Source of the DNA: a virus
Reading direction: 5' to 3' (one strand)
Virus record (IMG/VR): IMGVR_UViG_3300043811_000021
Location: 1-64,000 of that record
Length of the DNA stretch: 64,000 nucleotides
Shown here: positions 11,991 through 23,883 of the stretch, one piece after another
How the letters are laid out: every line of letters starts with the position of its first letter
How positions within the stretch are numbered: position 1 is the stretch's first letter
The notes under the pieces: generated by a model
What the model was told of the DNA's origin: nothing
Databases searched by the model: none
Seen by the model: the letters and a program-made list of their open reading frames with translations, nothing else
Made by a program: the position numbers and the translations under genes

Positions 11991-12433
11991 TCCTCGGCGA
12001 CGTAATGGTTCCCGGAAAGTCTTTACAGTGCGATGTCTGCAAAATAGAATGGGTAAGCATCGCAAGCAGACTTCCAAATGCTTGCCCAAACCGTGACTGC
12101 CGATCAAGAGAGTGGAACGGCAAGAAACAGAAACGTAAGCCAGAGCCTAAACCGCGAATCGAATTACCCAAACCGAAACGGATCAAAGAGGAGATCGATG
12201 ATGAGTTCTGATGAAATAAAACGCGAAGCAGCACAAATAGTGAAGTCTGGTATTGAAAGAGGTTGCTCCTCTGACGTGATAGCACAGGCTGTTTACGATC
12301 ATATTAGACTGGGCGATCCTATGCTCACGGTTTTATCTGAAATCGCGGTGCAATTGACGAATCTAAACGGAACCATAAAAAGTTTCGATTACAACGAAGG
12401 AAGTCGCATCTTTGATGTTCAGGTGAGACAGCA

Positions 12434-12781
12434 ATGATCGCTAAACAAATCACATTTTTCGGTAAACAGTGCATCCTTGCCTGTGATGCTAACTGCGGTA
12501 AAGCGTGGGGAATTTCCAATAGGCCAAAACTCCAATTGTCTAACGATGAGGATGATATTGTTTGGCTGGCCGATGGGGAATTAGGGGAGGCTCCACAGTT
12601 CCCTGGAACTTGGGAAGGCGGTCAAGGGAAGCCTCTCAACCCAGAGGGTAGGCTAAATAAGTGGTGCGCAAGAGAATGTGAGAGAAGTGTAATTGTAGAT
12701 GTAGGAGAGGATTTCTCTCTGAAAGATTTTAGTAAACGCCGGTACAACCAACCTTTTAAGCATAAGGGAGAGGAATCATGA
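12434..12781 (+). CDS. Conserved phage hypothetical protein
   Basis: ACDANCGKAWG...NKWCARECER Cys motif. Confidence 0.55.
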   Translation: MIAKQITFFGKQCILACDANCGKAWGISNRPKLQLSNDEDDIVWLADGELGEAPQFPGTWEGGQGKPLNPEGRLNKWCARECERSVIVDVGEDFSLKDFSKRRYNQPFKHKGEES

Positions 12782-12956
12782 CAGATTTGCAAAAAATCAC
12801 ATTGGCTTCTATTCGTGCTTGCTGCGATAGTATCAAAGCCTCTAATTCGGCTCTAACTGAGTATCAGGACGAGTGGTTGAATGATGTTTGTAGCAGCCTA
12901 TTGCAACTTCAGAAAGAGATTGTATTCGACATCCATCCCGAAAGTAAGGAGACGAA

Positions 12957-13700
12957 ATGAGTGAGAACACTGCCGTCAGCTATCTCCGATGCTCCGGCGA
13001 CGGTCAGACCTACGGAGACACTTGGGACAGGCAAATGGACAAAATCAAGTCCTACGCCAATCCAAAAGGTGTTTCCCTAATCGCCGAATACCGCGACGAA
13101 GCAATTCCGGGGAAATTAGGGGAAGAGTCTCGTCCTGGCTTTCAGAAGATGGTCTCCGATCTTTTAGATAACGGTTGCCGTACCGTCATTGTGGCGGGGA
13201 TGGACAGATTCGCAAGGCAATACGACATTCAGCAGCAATTGATTACCTACCTTGCCTGCAAAGAAATCACCCTCATTTCAGCCGACACTGGAGAAGATAT
13301 TACCGCCGCTCTCATGGGCGATCCTATGCGCAGGGCAATGGTTCAAATTCAAGGCGTTTTGAGCGAACTCGATAAAAACATGATTGTTGCCAAATTGAAA
13401 GCAGCGAGAGATCGAATTCGTAAAGAAGGACGCAGGCCGGGAGCAAAAAACTATTCTCCAGATAAAAATGCAAATTGTCGCGCAGAAGGGAGAAAACCTT
13501 TCGGAGAGCACCCAAAATACCCAGAAGAAAAGGTCATCGTAGACCGTATGGTTTCCCTAAGCGCGGCAGGAAATAAACCAGATCAGATCGCGGAAATCCT
13601 TAACAATGAAGGAGTTCCTACCCGTGGGACAAAGCACGGAAGAAAGCCTTGGCACCCGTCTACAGTGGCCAAAATACTGGCGCGATGGAGAAAACAGTAA
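12957..13700 (+). CDS. Serine recombinase (resolvase/invertase family)
   Basis: YLRCS catalytic Ser motif, RPGF, DRFAR; C-terminal IAEILNNEGVPT...W HTH-like segment. Confidence 0.85.
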   Translation: MSENTAVSYLRCSGDGQTYGDTWDRQMDKIKSYANPKGVSLIAEYRDEAIPGKLGEESRPGFQKMVSDLLDNGCRTVIVAGMDRFARQYDIQQQLITYLACKEITLISADTGEDITAALMGDPMRRAMVQIQGVLSELDKNMIVAKLKAARDRIRKEGRRPGAKNYSPDKNANCRAEGRKPFGEHPKYPEEKVIVDRMVSLSAAGNKPDQIAEILNNEGVPTRGTKHGRKPWHPSTVAKILARWRKQ

Positions 13701-13776
13701 ATTTCTCCGCAGAAAAAAGTCATATCTCTGCGCCTCGCGGCTTGTTTTTCTATCTAAAATATCTACAGACAAGAGA

Positions 13777-13806
13777 AGCGGGGATCGAAATACATCGGTC
13801 CCCGCT
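13777..13806. terminator. Hairpin between convergent transcription units
   Basis: AGCGGGGATCGA-AATACA-TCGGTCCCCGCT followed by a T-rich run. Confidence 0.65.
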
Positions 13807-13944
13807 CTATTTTTCAAATAAATTAGTCTTGAGCCTCTGGGCAGTCGAATGAATGACATTCCGGGTATACCGCCCCGCATTCAGTACACACTGGCATAGG
13901 TTCACCGTCTGAGTTTGTTGGTTGATCTTCGATTTCATTTTCCA

Positions 13945-14649
13945 TTAGAAGTCCTCGCCCCCATGAAGAGGCTTAGTAAATCCTCTCGGTCCCTTGGCTT
14001 CTTCTTTTGCAACTTCGTTCGCGTGGAATGCAGCCAAATCCTTCGGCCCTGACTTCTTTCCTTTTGGCTCTTCATACTCGATTTCAATCGGAGCGTCAAG
14101 AACCGGATCATCCCCCTCAGTTTCATTGTCTGGGTCTAGGTCGTTTTCCCCGTCGTCCAGCAGAGTTCCGTCGTCCTCTTTCTCTGGCAAACCTACTACT
14201 CCGGGAGTAAAGCGCATCCATACTTCGTCTCCCTGAAATTCTCCTAGCCACTCCCATCTTTTCTTGGTGTAGGGGACTCTGACGACGAAATTGAGCACAA
14301 CGTCTGGATGTTCCTCTTTCCCTACTTGGCAAATTTCAAATGCCCGCATGATCGCATCTGTAGCCTTAATGTCTTCTCCAAACAGATTTTCCGTAGAGAA
14401 TTCAATCGTATAACCCTTGAATTCCAAATCCGGGGTGACGGTATCTCCATGTTGTGAAACGTAGAGGAAGGCTGAATCTAGCCAAGGCGGAGCGCCCATG
14501 TTAACGGTGTCTGAAAGTTTCATCTGGCACCTGATACTGATTCGCTTTTCCCTTGTTGGCGGTTTGCTTACTAGACCCCCAACGCAGACGATTCGTACTA
14601 ACCTCTCGTTGTGTCTGTTGGTTGTTGAGTAAAATTCTGGTGTGTTCAA
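13945..14649 (-). CDS. Hypothetical protein with acidic tail
   Basis: 234 aa ORF, AGGAG RBS. Confidence 0.6.
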   Translation of the reverse strand: MNTPEFYSTTNRHNERLVRIVCVGGLVSKPPTREKRISIRCQMKLSDTVNMGAPPWLDSAFLYVSQHGDTVTPDLEFKGYTIEFSTENLFGEDIKATDAIMRAFEICQVGKEEHPDVVLNFVVRVPYTKKRWEWLGEFQGDEVWMRFTPGVVGLPEKEDDGTLLDDGENDLDPDNETEGDDPVLDAPIEIEYEEPKGKKSGPKDLAAFHANEVAKEEAKGPRGFTKPLHGGEDF

Positions 14650-14671
14650 TTGTTTCTCCTCTCCTGTGTGG

Positions 14672-14947
14672 TTATTCTGCTATTTCGTAGTCAATGGCAA
14701 GCAAGTCGCCTTGTGATGCGTTCCAAGGGAAAACGCTCCCGTCAACGGTCACAATATCTACATGTGGTCTGTAATTAACGATTTGTCCAATCTGGAAAAC
14801 CGAAGCTAGAGGTCTACCCTCAGAAACTATAATAGAACTTCCGGGAACAAAAATTAGATATTGTCCCTTTCCATTCCACCCAGAACGGCGCACCTTGCTC
14901 CCATTTTGTAACTGCTTTACAGCCCATCCGATTCCTTGTATTCCCAC
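14672..14947 (-). CDS. DUF2829 family protein (Tad2-like)
   Basis: AV..L.NG.KVRR.GWNGKGQY...W.ASQ.DLLA.DY signature; GTG start after GGAG. Confidence 0.8.
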   Translation of the reverse strand: MGIQGIGWAVKQLQNGSKVRRSGWNGKGQYLIFVPGSSIIVSEGRPLASVFQIGQIVNYRPHVDIVTVDGSVFPWNASQGDLLAIDYEIAE

Positions 14948-15166
14948 TTTTTTCTCCTTGTTATGCGTCTGGTACGGTTTTGATTTCCCACTCATGTCCT
15001 TGCGGACAAATTGCTCTCCACGGCTCCTGAGATGTATCAAAATCCGTCCCAAGGTCCAGTGTCTCGCAGATCGGGCATACTACCCTATCCGCAGGTATAG
15101 ATTTTCCTTTGATTTCAACCCAATCTACCCGGTATTCTGACATGAATCTCCTATATTTATTCTACA

Positions 15167-15766
15167 TCATTTGATCTTTTTGAAAGAAATCACCCAAACC
15201 CAAGGATTGCTTTCAAACGGATGTTTCTTCCCGTTGATCGAATCCCAAATTTTTTTGTAAACCATTTGAGGATAACGGTGAAAAAATTCAAAATCATCCC
15301 AGAACTTTTCTTCAAATGGTTTTCCCTCTAATTCATTTGGTGTCCAAAATTCTGTGTGCGCCACACCTTCCGCTAAGGCATCTGATGCGCTTATGTCCTG
15401 TAATCTCTCCACGCGAACTTCCGTAATCTCCAGCCAAGTCCTAGCCATCGATTTAGGCATAAACATTGCCGTCCTACGCGCCATCCACGATTCTGTGGCC
15501 CTGCAACCGTCCAAGTAATACCCGATTAGTTGCGGGATGGAGCAGTGGGTTATTACGCCCTCTTTTATATAGAGACGATCCTTATAGCCTCCAAAAGGAG
15601 ACATGTAAGGTAAACCGCTTTCCCACTTTGGACCTCCAATGTGGTGCATCAACTCTCCCTGAATTACGCATGGTTGTATTTTTACAACCCTTCGCGTTTG
15701 AGTTTTTTGCCCAGAAAGGATAAGGCGGTGATTCTCTGGGGTAAATAAAATTCCGGTTTCCTTCAT
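15167..15766 (-). CDS. ASCH/PUA-like phage protein
   Basis: ILSGQKTQTRR, FMP...AR..LEIT.VRVERLQDIS..DA.AEG, NPWVWVISF. Confidence 0.8.
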   Translation of the reverse strand: MKETGILFTPENHRLILSGQKTQTRRVVKIQPCVIQGELMHHIGGPKWESGLPYMSPFGGYKDRLYIKEGVITHCSIPQLIGYYLDGCRATESWMARRTAMFMPKSMARTWLEITEVRVERLQDISASDALAEGVAHTEFWTPNELEGKPFEEKFWDDFEFFHRYPQMVYKKIWDSINGKKHPFESNPWVWVISFKKIK

Positions 15767-16245
15767 ATTTTCCTCTCCCGTTTCCTCTTTAAAGCCTCAC
15801 TCGCCCAAGCCGCGCTAGACAGTTTAAGTAGACGAAACAACTGCTTCCGGTACTCAATCAGCAATTTTTCTCCTAAATCCCTCGCTTTTTTACTGCTTTC
15901 ATCAGTGCAACCCTTAATGCAATCGAGGAGACTAACTTGCCAATCTATTGCATCGCGCAGACAATGAATGCGAATCTGCTTTGCGCTTAGTTTCACTTTT
16001 CCTCCTACGATGCGTGGCTCTGGCCCGTAGACCGTGCGTCGTGCGTCTTTCCTGGTCTGCGCTTGCTAAGATCGACCCGGCTCACCTCTACATGCGTCCT
16101 GATTGCCGACCACCCGCAGCAGACCTCACAGCAGGGGTTTGTGATGTGGTAAAGCTCCCCATCGATCATCGCATCCCGGCAGCAGCAGGTGGGTGTGCGG
16201 ACCTCAAGATTGACTGGCAATGCTTTCATGGTTCCCTTTCTACCG

Positions 16246-16578
16246 CTAGATTTCTTCGATCCGAATTCCCTTGAGCCACAGCATGAGCTTCCTTTTTATG
16301 ATGTATTCCTTGGTGAGGAATTCCTTTGTGTCTTCGACGTGCAGCTTGCCGTCCTCGCCGATGTACTCGAAGTTACTAACATACTTGACGGCGCTTTCGG
16401 TAAACCCATTTACTTGTTGCGTCTCTATCAGAAGGTGCGGAACCTGGAGTGCCAACTTGGAAATCCTCCCCATGCACTGCAAGAGAAGCAATTCCTCGTA
16501 TCGGTTGCACTCGCGGATGCTGCCGAACACTCTGCCATCGGAGGCGGTTTTCTGCTTGTTGCTGTACTTACTTGGCAT
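16246..16578 (-). CDS. DUF1064 family PD-(D/E)XK nuclease
   Basis: KYSNK...DGRVF.S..E..RY..L, VEDTK, Y.IKRKLM. Confidence 0.75.
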   Translation of the reverse strand: MPSKYSNKQKTASDGRVFGSIRECNRYEELLLLQCMGRISKLALQVPHLLIETQQVNGFTESAVKYVSNFEYIGEDGKLHVEDTKEFLTKEYIIKRKLMLWLKGIRIEEI

Positions 16579-18975
16579 TGTCGGCCTCCGTAGACTTGCG
16601 CTTGCTCAGTACCCGTTTCACTATCCGCCTGCTTTTGCGTTCGTTGCAGGCTATGTCTTGCATCGGAAACCTAAGATCGTATTCAAACCACCAGCAATTA
16701 GTCTGGTCTAGTTCGCGGCATCGCTTGATAAACAGGCATAGCTCTTTGTCGTTGAGTTTGCATATCTCATTGGCAAAAGATGCCACGATGCGCTTGAGGA
16801 TTTTTCTCCCCGTAACTCTATTTGCCATCCCCTGATCCTTTCTCCGCGCTGGGCGGGGTGGGCTTGCTAGGAAAGCGAATGTCAAATTGACACGCTTGAC
16901 ACAGAGAATCAGAGCGGCAAGAAAGCTGCCCATTTTTACAACGCGGTCCCCACACCATCGTTCTCCTCCTGCGCCGCTGCGCGTGTGTCCCGGATTAAAT
17001 CAGCCAAAGATACGAATTCGTGAGCCTGATTTTCATCATGGCCGATCCATCTTTTCGCTCGAAAGCACAGCCGTCCGTTTTCCATCAAATGGAAACACGG
17101 CGGACCTCCGTTAGCCATTACCTGGCCCCAATCCGCTTGCTTGGCGGCCTTGATCAGTTTTTCGTGTTCGCTCGTCACTCCGCATCTCCATCCTTGCTTG
17201 CGCGTGTGGGCTGGGTTCGTACGCTTTCAACCGCTTCGCATCTGTTGAAGTTATCCCATCGGTCACGATATTTGACAATTACTATCTCGCCCTTCGCATC
17301 CAATGCGGGGACTGGGGAGCATAGTTGGAATTCGATACGCTCTCCGTTCTGATACTCGATTGTCTTGTGAAACAGGTAATCATCTTCTACGACCCTAACA
17401 GGGCCAGTGGTTTTGATAGGCTGGGGGAACCACCATGACACCCCTCCATCGTAATAAACAATCACGCACAGAAGAGACAACCAAAGGAATACCCACAAAG
17501 GAAAGAAATACTTGAATTTCACTCCGCACCTCCATCCGCCACAAGTATTGATCCATCACCAATGACCTCGACGAGCATCATCCCAGTTATCTTCACGGCA
17601 TCCCCAGGATTGTCCTCAAAGAATTTGCGCATGAATTTCTTTGTGGCCTCTACTTGATTGGCAACGAAATCAACATATTCAGTGCGAGGTTGCCTGTCGC
17701 TCCGCTTAACATAGTCAACCTTGTATAGCATCGTTACCTCCACCCGCCGCGCCCGCCGGGGCGTTGAGCCGTCTCTGAAGGATGCGATTACAACGCTCGC
17801 TCATCTTTTCTACCTTAGGAGCAGTCTCCATCGCCCACACTAGCTCTAGTTCAGAAATAGGTTGGCTCAATAGCTTGATCGTCTCCCGCGCAGCCTGTAG
17901 CTCGATAGCTATCTGTTGAGTTTCGTACTTGCAGGAAGTGGTTAGCTTCTGCAACCGCTCATCGCTGATTCGTTCCATCACCGCACCGCCTTTGGAGTCT
18001 TGAGTAGCTTCATTGGGAGGCTCCTTCAAGTAACCGCTCAAGTCTTTCCTCTCCTTCATCCAGAGAAGCCTTGCAAACACAAATCATGGCATCGCATTTA
18101 GCCACATGCCCGTACGCCCTCTCGCGTGCACTCTCCCAGTTAAGAAGAATCTCTCGAAGCGCCGAAATACCCGCCCTGCAATTGCCTATTCTTATGTGAA
18201 TATCATTCATACTCATTCTCCCTTCTTGGTTACTGAATTGTTTCCACACACGGTAAATCAATCAATTCCATAGGATCATATCCGGGACATTCGCATTCAT
18301 GCGGCGATCCATAATCTCGGTGCAGACAGTTTCCGAACTCCTCATCATGACTCAATCCGGTATGCCCACAGTGCTTACAGGGTGGGTGTGTTTCTTCATA
18401 CATGATCATTCTCCCTTCATGGTTACTTGCACGAGTATGTTTTAGATTCCGCTATCCTTCTGTCATACTCAGGACGCGTTTCTAGTTGCTCAATATCAGG
18501 ATCAGCGCATCTATGAATTGAGCGGGCTTGCCTTACCTGCCCAGCTAAACTGTCGTCCTTAGCCTCCATCCATCCCGCCGCGCCGCACTGACACACCCAT
18601 CTAACTTGCATATATACTTCCCTTCCTGGTTACTTGCACCGTGTTCAACCGCCTGCCGGTACGATGCCTAATGCCTTCCACTTTCGGAATCAAGCATCTT
18701 CCAGAATTCCTCGTTGGTATAAGGGGTGTTGTCCGCGCCCCCGAAATTTCCCGCCCTATCCACCGTTTCACTGATTCGCAAATACATCTTTTCATACAGC
18801 AACGTTACATTCGTACAGTGAAAATTCAACGTCGTTCGAGAAGGTTTGGTTGCTTTCATCGCATCTTCAACATCCATAGCCAATACTCGATAAGTTGCAC
18901 AATTTCCGTGCACTTCTCTCCATGTGACGGAGTACAGGTTGGCTATGACGTGCTTCATGCTGGCAGTATCAAACA

Positions 18976-19497
18976 TTACTTCCCTCCCTGTGCATCGGCG
19001 CTCTGCCACTTCTTATCAATGCGTATCGATTCAATGCGCTTTGCCGCTGCCGATTCGCTGTCAATCCGCTCAGAGGATTCAAGTCGCTCCTTCAAGCTAT
19101 TAATCGACCCACACCGCTTACAGGAAGGATCGTACTGACTGTGGTCGGGGCACGGAATTTCCTCACTTTCGGTGCTCTGCTGTGGTGCTGGCGGGGAGAG
19201 GAGGGCGTGAAGTTCGCGGTTGAGGCGGGCGAGGGTGCGGCGCTTGGAGTCCATATCGTAGCCATCAACAGAGCCGACAATTCGCGCATCCGTTGCCCAC
19301 TTGATGTCAGCTTCAATCTCCGCGATCTCCTGCTCACGCTGCTTGGTGAAGGCGTAGGCAGCGGCCCATCCCACAAAGGAAAGATTTTCATCAATCGAAA
19401 GATACACGGACGGGATAGTGCCAAATGTTTGAACTGTTTTACACCGCGCCCGCACATACGCTTCCATGTGCTCTGCTGTCATCGGCTCATTATGCAT
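18976..19497 (-). CDS. Hypothetical protein
   Basis: 173 aa ORF in leftward train. Confidence 0.5.
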   Translation of the reverse strand: MHNEPMTAEHMEAYVRARCKTVQTFGTIPSVYLSIDENLSFVGWAAAYAFTKQREQEIAEIEADIKWATDARIVGSVDGYDMDSKRRTLARLNRELHALLSPPAPQQSTESEEIPCPDHSQYDPSCKRCGSINSLKERLESSERIDSESAAAKRIESIRIDKKWQSADAQGGK

Positions 19498-19509
19498 GTG
19501 ATTCCCCCC

Positions 19510-20058
19510 CTACCTCCCCTGCTTTGCCCTTTTCTTCGCACTACGTTCTTTCTGAGCCTTACCCCAAATTCCAGACTTTCTCAGATCATTAATTATACCA
19601 TGATTTGCGAATGCTCCAGCAGCTAATTTAACTGATTTTTCTAACCTAGATAATATATCCTGTCTCGCTAAAGGTAGCTCTTTTTCAAGGAATACAAGTA
19701 ACTTAGTAAACTCATCTAATGTAAGTGACCCTTTTTTGTCATTGCATGGTTTGCATGGGTAGTCAATATTATTGAGTCCCGTCGATCCTCCACGGCTCAA
19801 TGGGTTTGCGTGATCTACTGCTATGCCGTCAAGAGAGAATCTTCCTTTGCAGTATCTACATTCTACGGCTCCATCCTCGCGACCTCCCATTACTGACAAA
19901 ATATCGTCACGAAATTCGTCAAGTGTAAAAGGCAAAGGTGGTAATCCTTTTCGCTTCATCCTTTCCCGCATAGAATAATATCTAGCCCCCGTAATCTCCA
20001 TAAATCGAGAGTGAGAACTAGATGGGAATAACGATCCAGTGCCGATTGGTTTTGACAT
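19510..20058 (-). CDS. HNH endonuclease
   Basis: CRYC...VDHANPLSRGG...N....CKPCNDKKG. Confidence 0.85.
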   Translation of the reverse strand: MSKPIGTGSLFPSSSHSRFMEITGARYYSMRERMKRKGLPPLPFTLDEFRDDILSVMGGREDGAVECRYCKGRFSLDGIAVDHANPLSRGGSTGLNNIDYPCKPCNDKKGSLTLDEFTKLLVFLEKELPLARQDILSRLEKSVKLAAGAFANHGIINDLRKSGIWGKAQKERSAKKRAKQGR

Positions 20059-20414
20059 GCTACACGTCTACAACTTCCACATAGTCAGCGGTTCCATATT
20101 TCCATCGTGGATTGAACTGTGCAACATAGAAAGTGTCCAAGTATCTTTCGTCTAATTCCTCTCCTTCATCAAATGATGGACGAACATATATTTGTGGTCT
20201 CATGTAACTATCGTCCATTTCTACACCAATTATTACTAAACACTCAGCGCATCCAAATTCTTCATCTTTGCATATTGTCTTCAATTCCGCCGCAGTCGGG
20301 TAATGACCAGTCTTCTTGATTCGATCTACTACTTTGGAAGCATTATATCCATTATCCCCACGACAATTTTGTAAATCACAATTCCATCTTTTCGGATTGA
20401 TATTACTCCTTGTG

Positions 20415-22331
20415 TCATCCCAATTTCTCCACAGTTCCATCCTCCACAAAGAAGTAAGCAGAGTTAGGTACTCGTCTCTCTGGTAAAGTCTTATCCAAGC
20501 TGAAACCGATCATAATAGCCTGATCCAACAACCCGCCATTCACTAGCTCAAAAACCTTTTTGAAAAGCATCGGTCTCAGATTTTCGCCAAGTTCTTCCAT
20601 CTCGTCTATCACCACCAGTTTTACACCAGAAGCAATAGCCACAGCACACTGGAAAGCCCTCTTGAATATCTCAACCTGAGCGCCGCATAGTTCCTTGATT
20701 GGCCCCTTATATCCCCTCGCAGTCGTCACATCGAATCCTATAGACGGATCAAATGAGAGTGATGCTTTATACCCAAACACTTCCATTACAGGGTTTATCT
20801 TTGCCTCAAATCCTCCAATGTGCTGAGAAATCAACTCAGCTTTAATTCCGTCCTTGTCGAAGTATTTCACCAGAGAATCAAGCGTAGATGCCTTCTTTTG
20901 CAAATTTGTTAACTGCTCCGTTAGTCTCTTAATCTCCTTGTTTCTTTCCTCTGCCGCAATCACTGGCCTCAGTTGCTCGTTGATCTTATCTTCCTTTAAC
21001 TGTAGTTCGGCGACTGGATCATTGAACGATAAAGTAGCATTTACTGGCTCCCCCAGTGAGTCTAGTTCTGCCCTGGTTTTCTTCCCTTCTTCTACCGTTT
21101 CGCGCAGAGACTTTTCTATTTCCTCCTTTTCTTTTACCGCCGCTTCGTGATTCTTGAGTTTCTCCTTTGCGGCATCCACATCGCCGATAGCTTCGATCTG
21201 CTTGTCTATTCTCTTAATCCATTGGTCTGCCTTATCAAGTTCACTCTGTAACTCGATAATGAGAGCATCTACTTTTTCTTTGTCAATTACCTGTTCGCAT
21301 GTCGGGCAAGCTGATTCTTCTCCTACCAGCCCTTTGAATTTGTCTATCTGTGAATTGATAATACTAATACTTGAAACACACCCTGCATGGTCTGAATTGA
21401 GTTTTGCAAGTTCATCTGCTTTAGATACAGTCTCCTTTAGTTTGGCTACCACTTCTTCAGAAATAATATGAAACTCGACAATCTCCAGTTTCTTTTTATC
21501 GTCATCCCTTTTCTTCAAAAGGTTCTCGCGGGTCGTATTGAGAGTAGCTCTCCTTACCTCTATCGCATTAGCCTTCTCTACGGCCTCATCGCGCTCCTTT
21601 TGTATTTTCTCTCGCTGCTCACGAATTGAAACAAGTTCAGAGTTAAGAGAGTCTGAGTCTACCGGCTTACCATCTTTTCCTTTAACTGGAGGCATAGGAT
21701 CAGGAACCTTGAATTCCTTCACCTGTCTATTGACTGTCTCTCTTTCCTTGTAAAGAGCTTTGTAGGCACTGGTTATCACCGTGAACGGATCATCATCAAA
21801 ATTTATAGGCTTATCCAGTAGATCGTTCGTTGCCTTCGTTTTGTCTGCCGGGAATTCATACCGCGATGGAAGCACTAACTTAGCCAACAGGTTGGTCTGT
21901 TTTGCCTCTTCCATCTTCATGAAATAATCCGTGTTCAGGCTGATAAGAAGCGCGTCGCGACGGTCAGTGAGGATATTTTTAAATGCGTTCACTACCTTGG
22001 TATTATCTGGTTCGTCTACGCACTCTGTAAACGGTGTCCTGCCGCTCGTGTTGACATTCAGAGTCACCGTGTTACGCAAATGGTGCTGCCCCTGAATGTC
22101 AGCAGTAATTACAGACTTCCCCTCACCTTGCGTAATCTTCTTTACAAATCCCTTCCCGTCTCCCGGAAGAGATACTGCGGTAGATGCCAAATTCATGCTC
22201 AAGGCATCCGCAAAGGATGTCTTCCCGCTGTCGTTCCCCCCACGGATAACAACATAGGTTGCATCTCCTATGTCGAGTGTTGAGTCTGTGTGGACGCGGT
22301 AGTTCTGGAGTCGTAATTTTGTCAAGCGCAT
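20415..22331 (-). CDS. SbcC/Rad50/SMC-like ATPase
   Basis: Walker A GGNDSGKT, long coiled coil with central CPTC zinc hook, signature-like LCGAQ, Walker B VVIDE. Confidence 0.85.
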   Translation of the reverse strand: MRLTKLRLQNYRVHTDSTLDIGDATYVVIRGGNDSGKTSFADALSMNLASTAVSLPGDGKGFVKKITQGEGKSVITADIQGQHHLRNTVTLNVNTSGRTPFTECVDEPDNTKVVNAFKNILTDRRDALLISLNTDYFMKMEEAKQTNLLAKLVLPSRYEFPADKTKATNDLLDKPINFDDDPFTVITSAYKALYKERETVNRQVKEFKVPDPMPPVKGKDGKPVDSDSLNSELVSIREQREKIQKERDEAVEKANAIEVRRATLNTTRENLLKKRDDDKKKLEIVEFHIISEEVVAKLKETVSKADELAKLNSDHAGCVSSISIINSQIDKFKGLVGEESACPTCEQVIDKEKVDALIIELQSELDKADQWIKRIDKQIEAIGDVDAAKEKLKNHEAAVKEKEEIEKSLRETVEEGKKTRAELDSLGEPVNATLSFNDPVAELQLKEDKINEQLRPVIAAEERNKEIKRLTEQLTNLQKKASTLDSLVKYFDKDGIKAELISQHIGGFEAKINPVMEVFGYKASLSFDPSIGFDVTTARGYKGPIKELCGAQVEIFKRAFQCAVAIASGVKLVVIDEMEELGENLRPMLFKKVFELVNGGLLDQAIMIGFSLDKTLPERRVPNSAYFFVEDGTVEKLG

Positions 22332-22572
22332 TTAGTTCCCTTTCAGTCTTCTGGTTTGTACCGCTTTGGTCTGTATTCGAGTGTCTCATGATTTACGCTG
22401 TCTGGGGGTAATTCTTTCTTTATAAAATCAATAACACTCTGTCTCGATGTAAACCAATCACTTCCGGTGCATGACCAAAACTGTTTCGTTCCTTTTGGTC
22501 TGCACTGAAGCATCCAAATGTCTTCACGGTCTCTCTGGTAGCGGCTGCGTGTCATCCTAATCGTTTGTGCCA

Positions 22573-23883
22573 TTAGAATTCATCCTCTCCCCACTCTGAA
22601 TCTTCGTAGTCGTCCTCTGGTTCTTCATCTGGAGCCATATCCAAAGGTTTAGATACTTTCATCTTAACCTTTGTCACCTTATCTGCCTTGTCTGTTATTG
22701 CGTGGTGGGCAAGCACTCTTTTCTTTGCTTTCAAGGCACTATCCATCTTCGTAGATGATATTACCAGTTTATTCAACCATTCTCTATCGTCTAGTGGAAC
22801 TAAATCTGTGTCAAGAAGAAGAGAAACAACTGGCATTATCGGGTTTCCGTGCAGGTCAGTTAGTATCCCATCCGCAGTTGCTTGGAATAAAGGATATACA
22901 TCAGACGTAGTTTCCTCTGGCCCAAAACTATACGCCTTACCGTTGTAGTCTTTTACCACAATGTTCTTACCTGTAGCCTGCACCTTTGCACTCAGTACCT
23001 TTGTATTCAGCCTCGCAAACGCAGAATCGAAAATCTTAAATCTCAACCTGTCTTCATCGCTCAACTGCATGTTTTCGTTGAATTGTCCAATAGGGCAGCT
23101 ACGGTCGGAGAGTTTTGGACAGTACATACAGTGATCTCCAGGTGTAGCCTCCATCTCTATCCCGTTGTCGTAGTTCAAATGAATCATCTTCTGCCGCTCA
23201 CGCGCAGCCTTCACCGTTTCAATCAGCGATGGAATGTCCTCTCGCGTGTAAGTCACTTCCTTGTATAAATTCTTAAACCTCACAAACACGAGCCGGAATT
23301 TTACCTCATTCACCCAAGGAAAATGCTTGAATATAAACAGAGAGTACATCTTCCCTTGCAATGCCTTTTCAGGATCGCTCGGATCATAAGGTCTGGGATG
23401 AGTTTTCATGTCATCCGATTGAGCCTTTAGTTCCTCTCGAAACAAGAAAAGAGTATCAAGAATTCCCTGAAAGTGCGGCTCCTTCCCGCTATCTCCTGAT
23501 ATTCCTTCAATCTCTGCGGAAACATCTGTTGGCTCAAAGTTCTCATCCAGAGACATCGTTATCTCTGTCGCCAATAGATGCTCGTAGTCCACCGAATAAG
23601 ATTCTCGCATCCCCACCAAAATCTTAGTCGCTGTCGGTCCTGCGCCCTTAGAGAATCTGTCAAACGCATCTAAGTCCATCGCTACGCCGTTTTGAGCGCA
23701 CCATGAGGCATAGTCAGACCCTACCTTATGCACCTGCCGCCCACGCGCAGATTCCATCCCTCCAGGCTTCTTGTTCCCCTTAATTACCGATTCAATGTAA
23801 AAAATCGGACAAGCGGTCATGGTCTCTGTGCTTTGATGCAGAGGTGGTATCGGTCTACTGGTGATCTGGACTAAATCAGACAT
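22573..23883 (-). CDS. PD-(D/E)XK (RecB/Cas4-like) exonuclease
   Basis: N-terminal CP, G..VH, GILD...DDMKT, Q..MY, C-terminal CxxC...CP. Confidence 0.75.
   Translation of the reverse strand: MSDLVQITSRPIPPLHQSTETMTACPIFYIESVIKGNKKPGGMESARGRQVHKVGSDYASWCAQNGVAMDLDAFDRFSKGAGPTATKILVGMRESYSVDYEHLLATEITMSLDENFEPTDVSAEIEGISGDSGKEPHFQGILDTLFLFREELKAQSDDMKTHPRPYDPSDPEKALQGKMYSLFIFKHFPWVNEVKFRLVFVRFKNLYKEVTYTREDIPSLIETVKAARERQKMIHLNYDNGIEMEATPGDHCMYCPKLSDRSCPIGQFNENMQLSDEDRLRFKIFDSAFARLNTKVLSAKVQATGKNIVVKDYNGKAYSFGPEETTSDVYPLFQATADGILTDLHGNPIMPVVSLLLDTDLVPLDDREWLNKLVISSTKMDSALKAKKRVLAHHAITDKADKVTKVKMKVSKPLDMAPDEEPEDDYEDSEWGEDEF

Noticed and set aside
12957-13700. Prophage integrase or invertible segment
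   Set aside because: Small resolvase-size protein; no att sites or flanking inverted repeats could be identified by eye.
22573-23883. Cas4 as part of a CRISPR system
   Set aside because: No cas1/cas2 or array; context with the SbcC-like ATPase indicates a recombination exonuclease.
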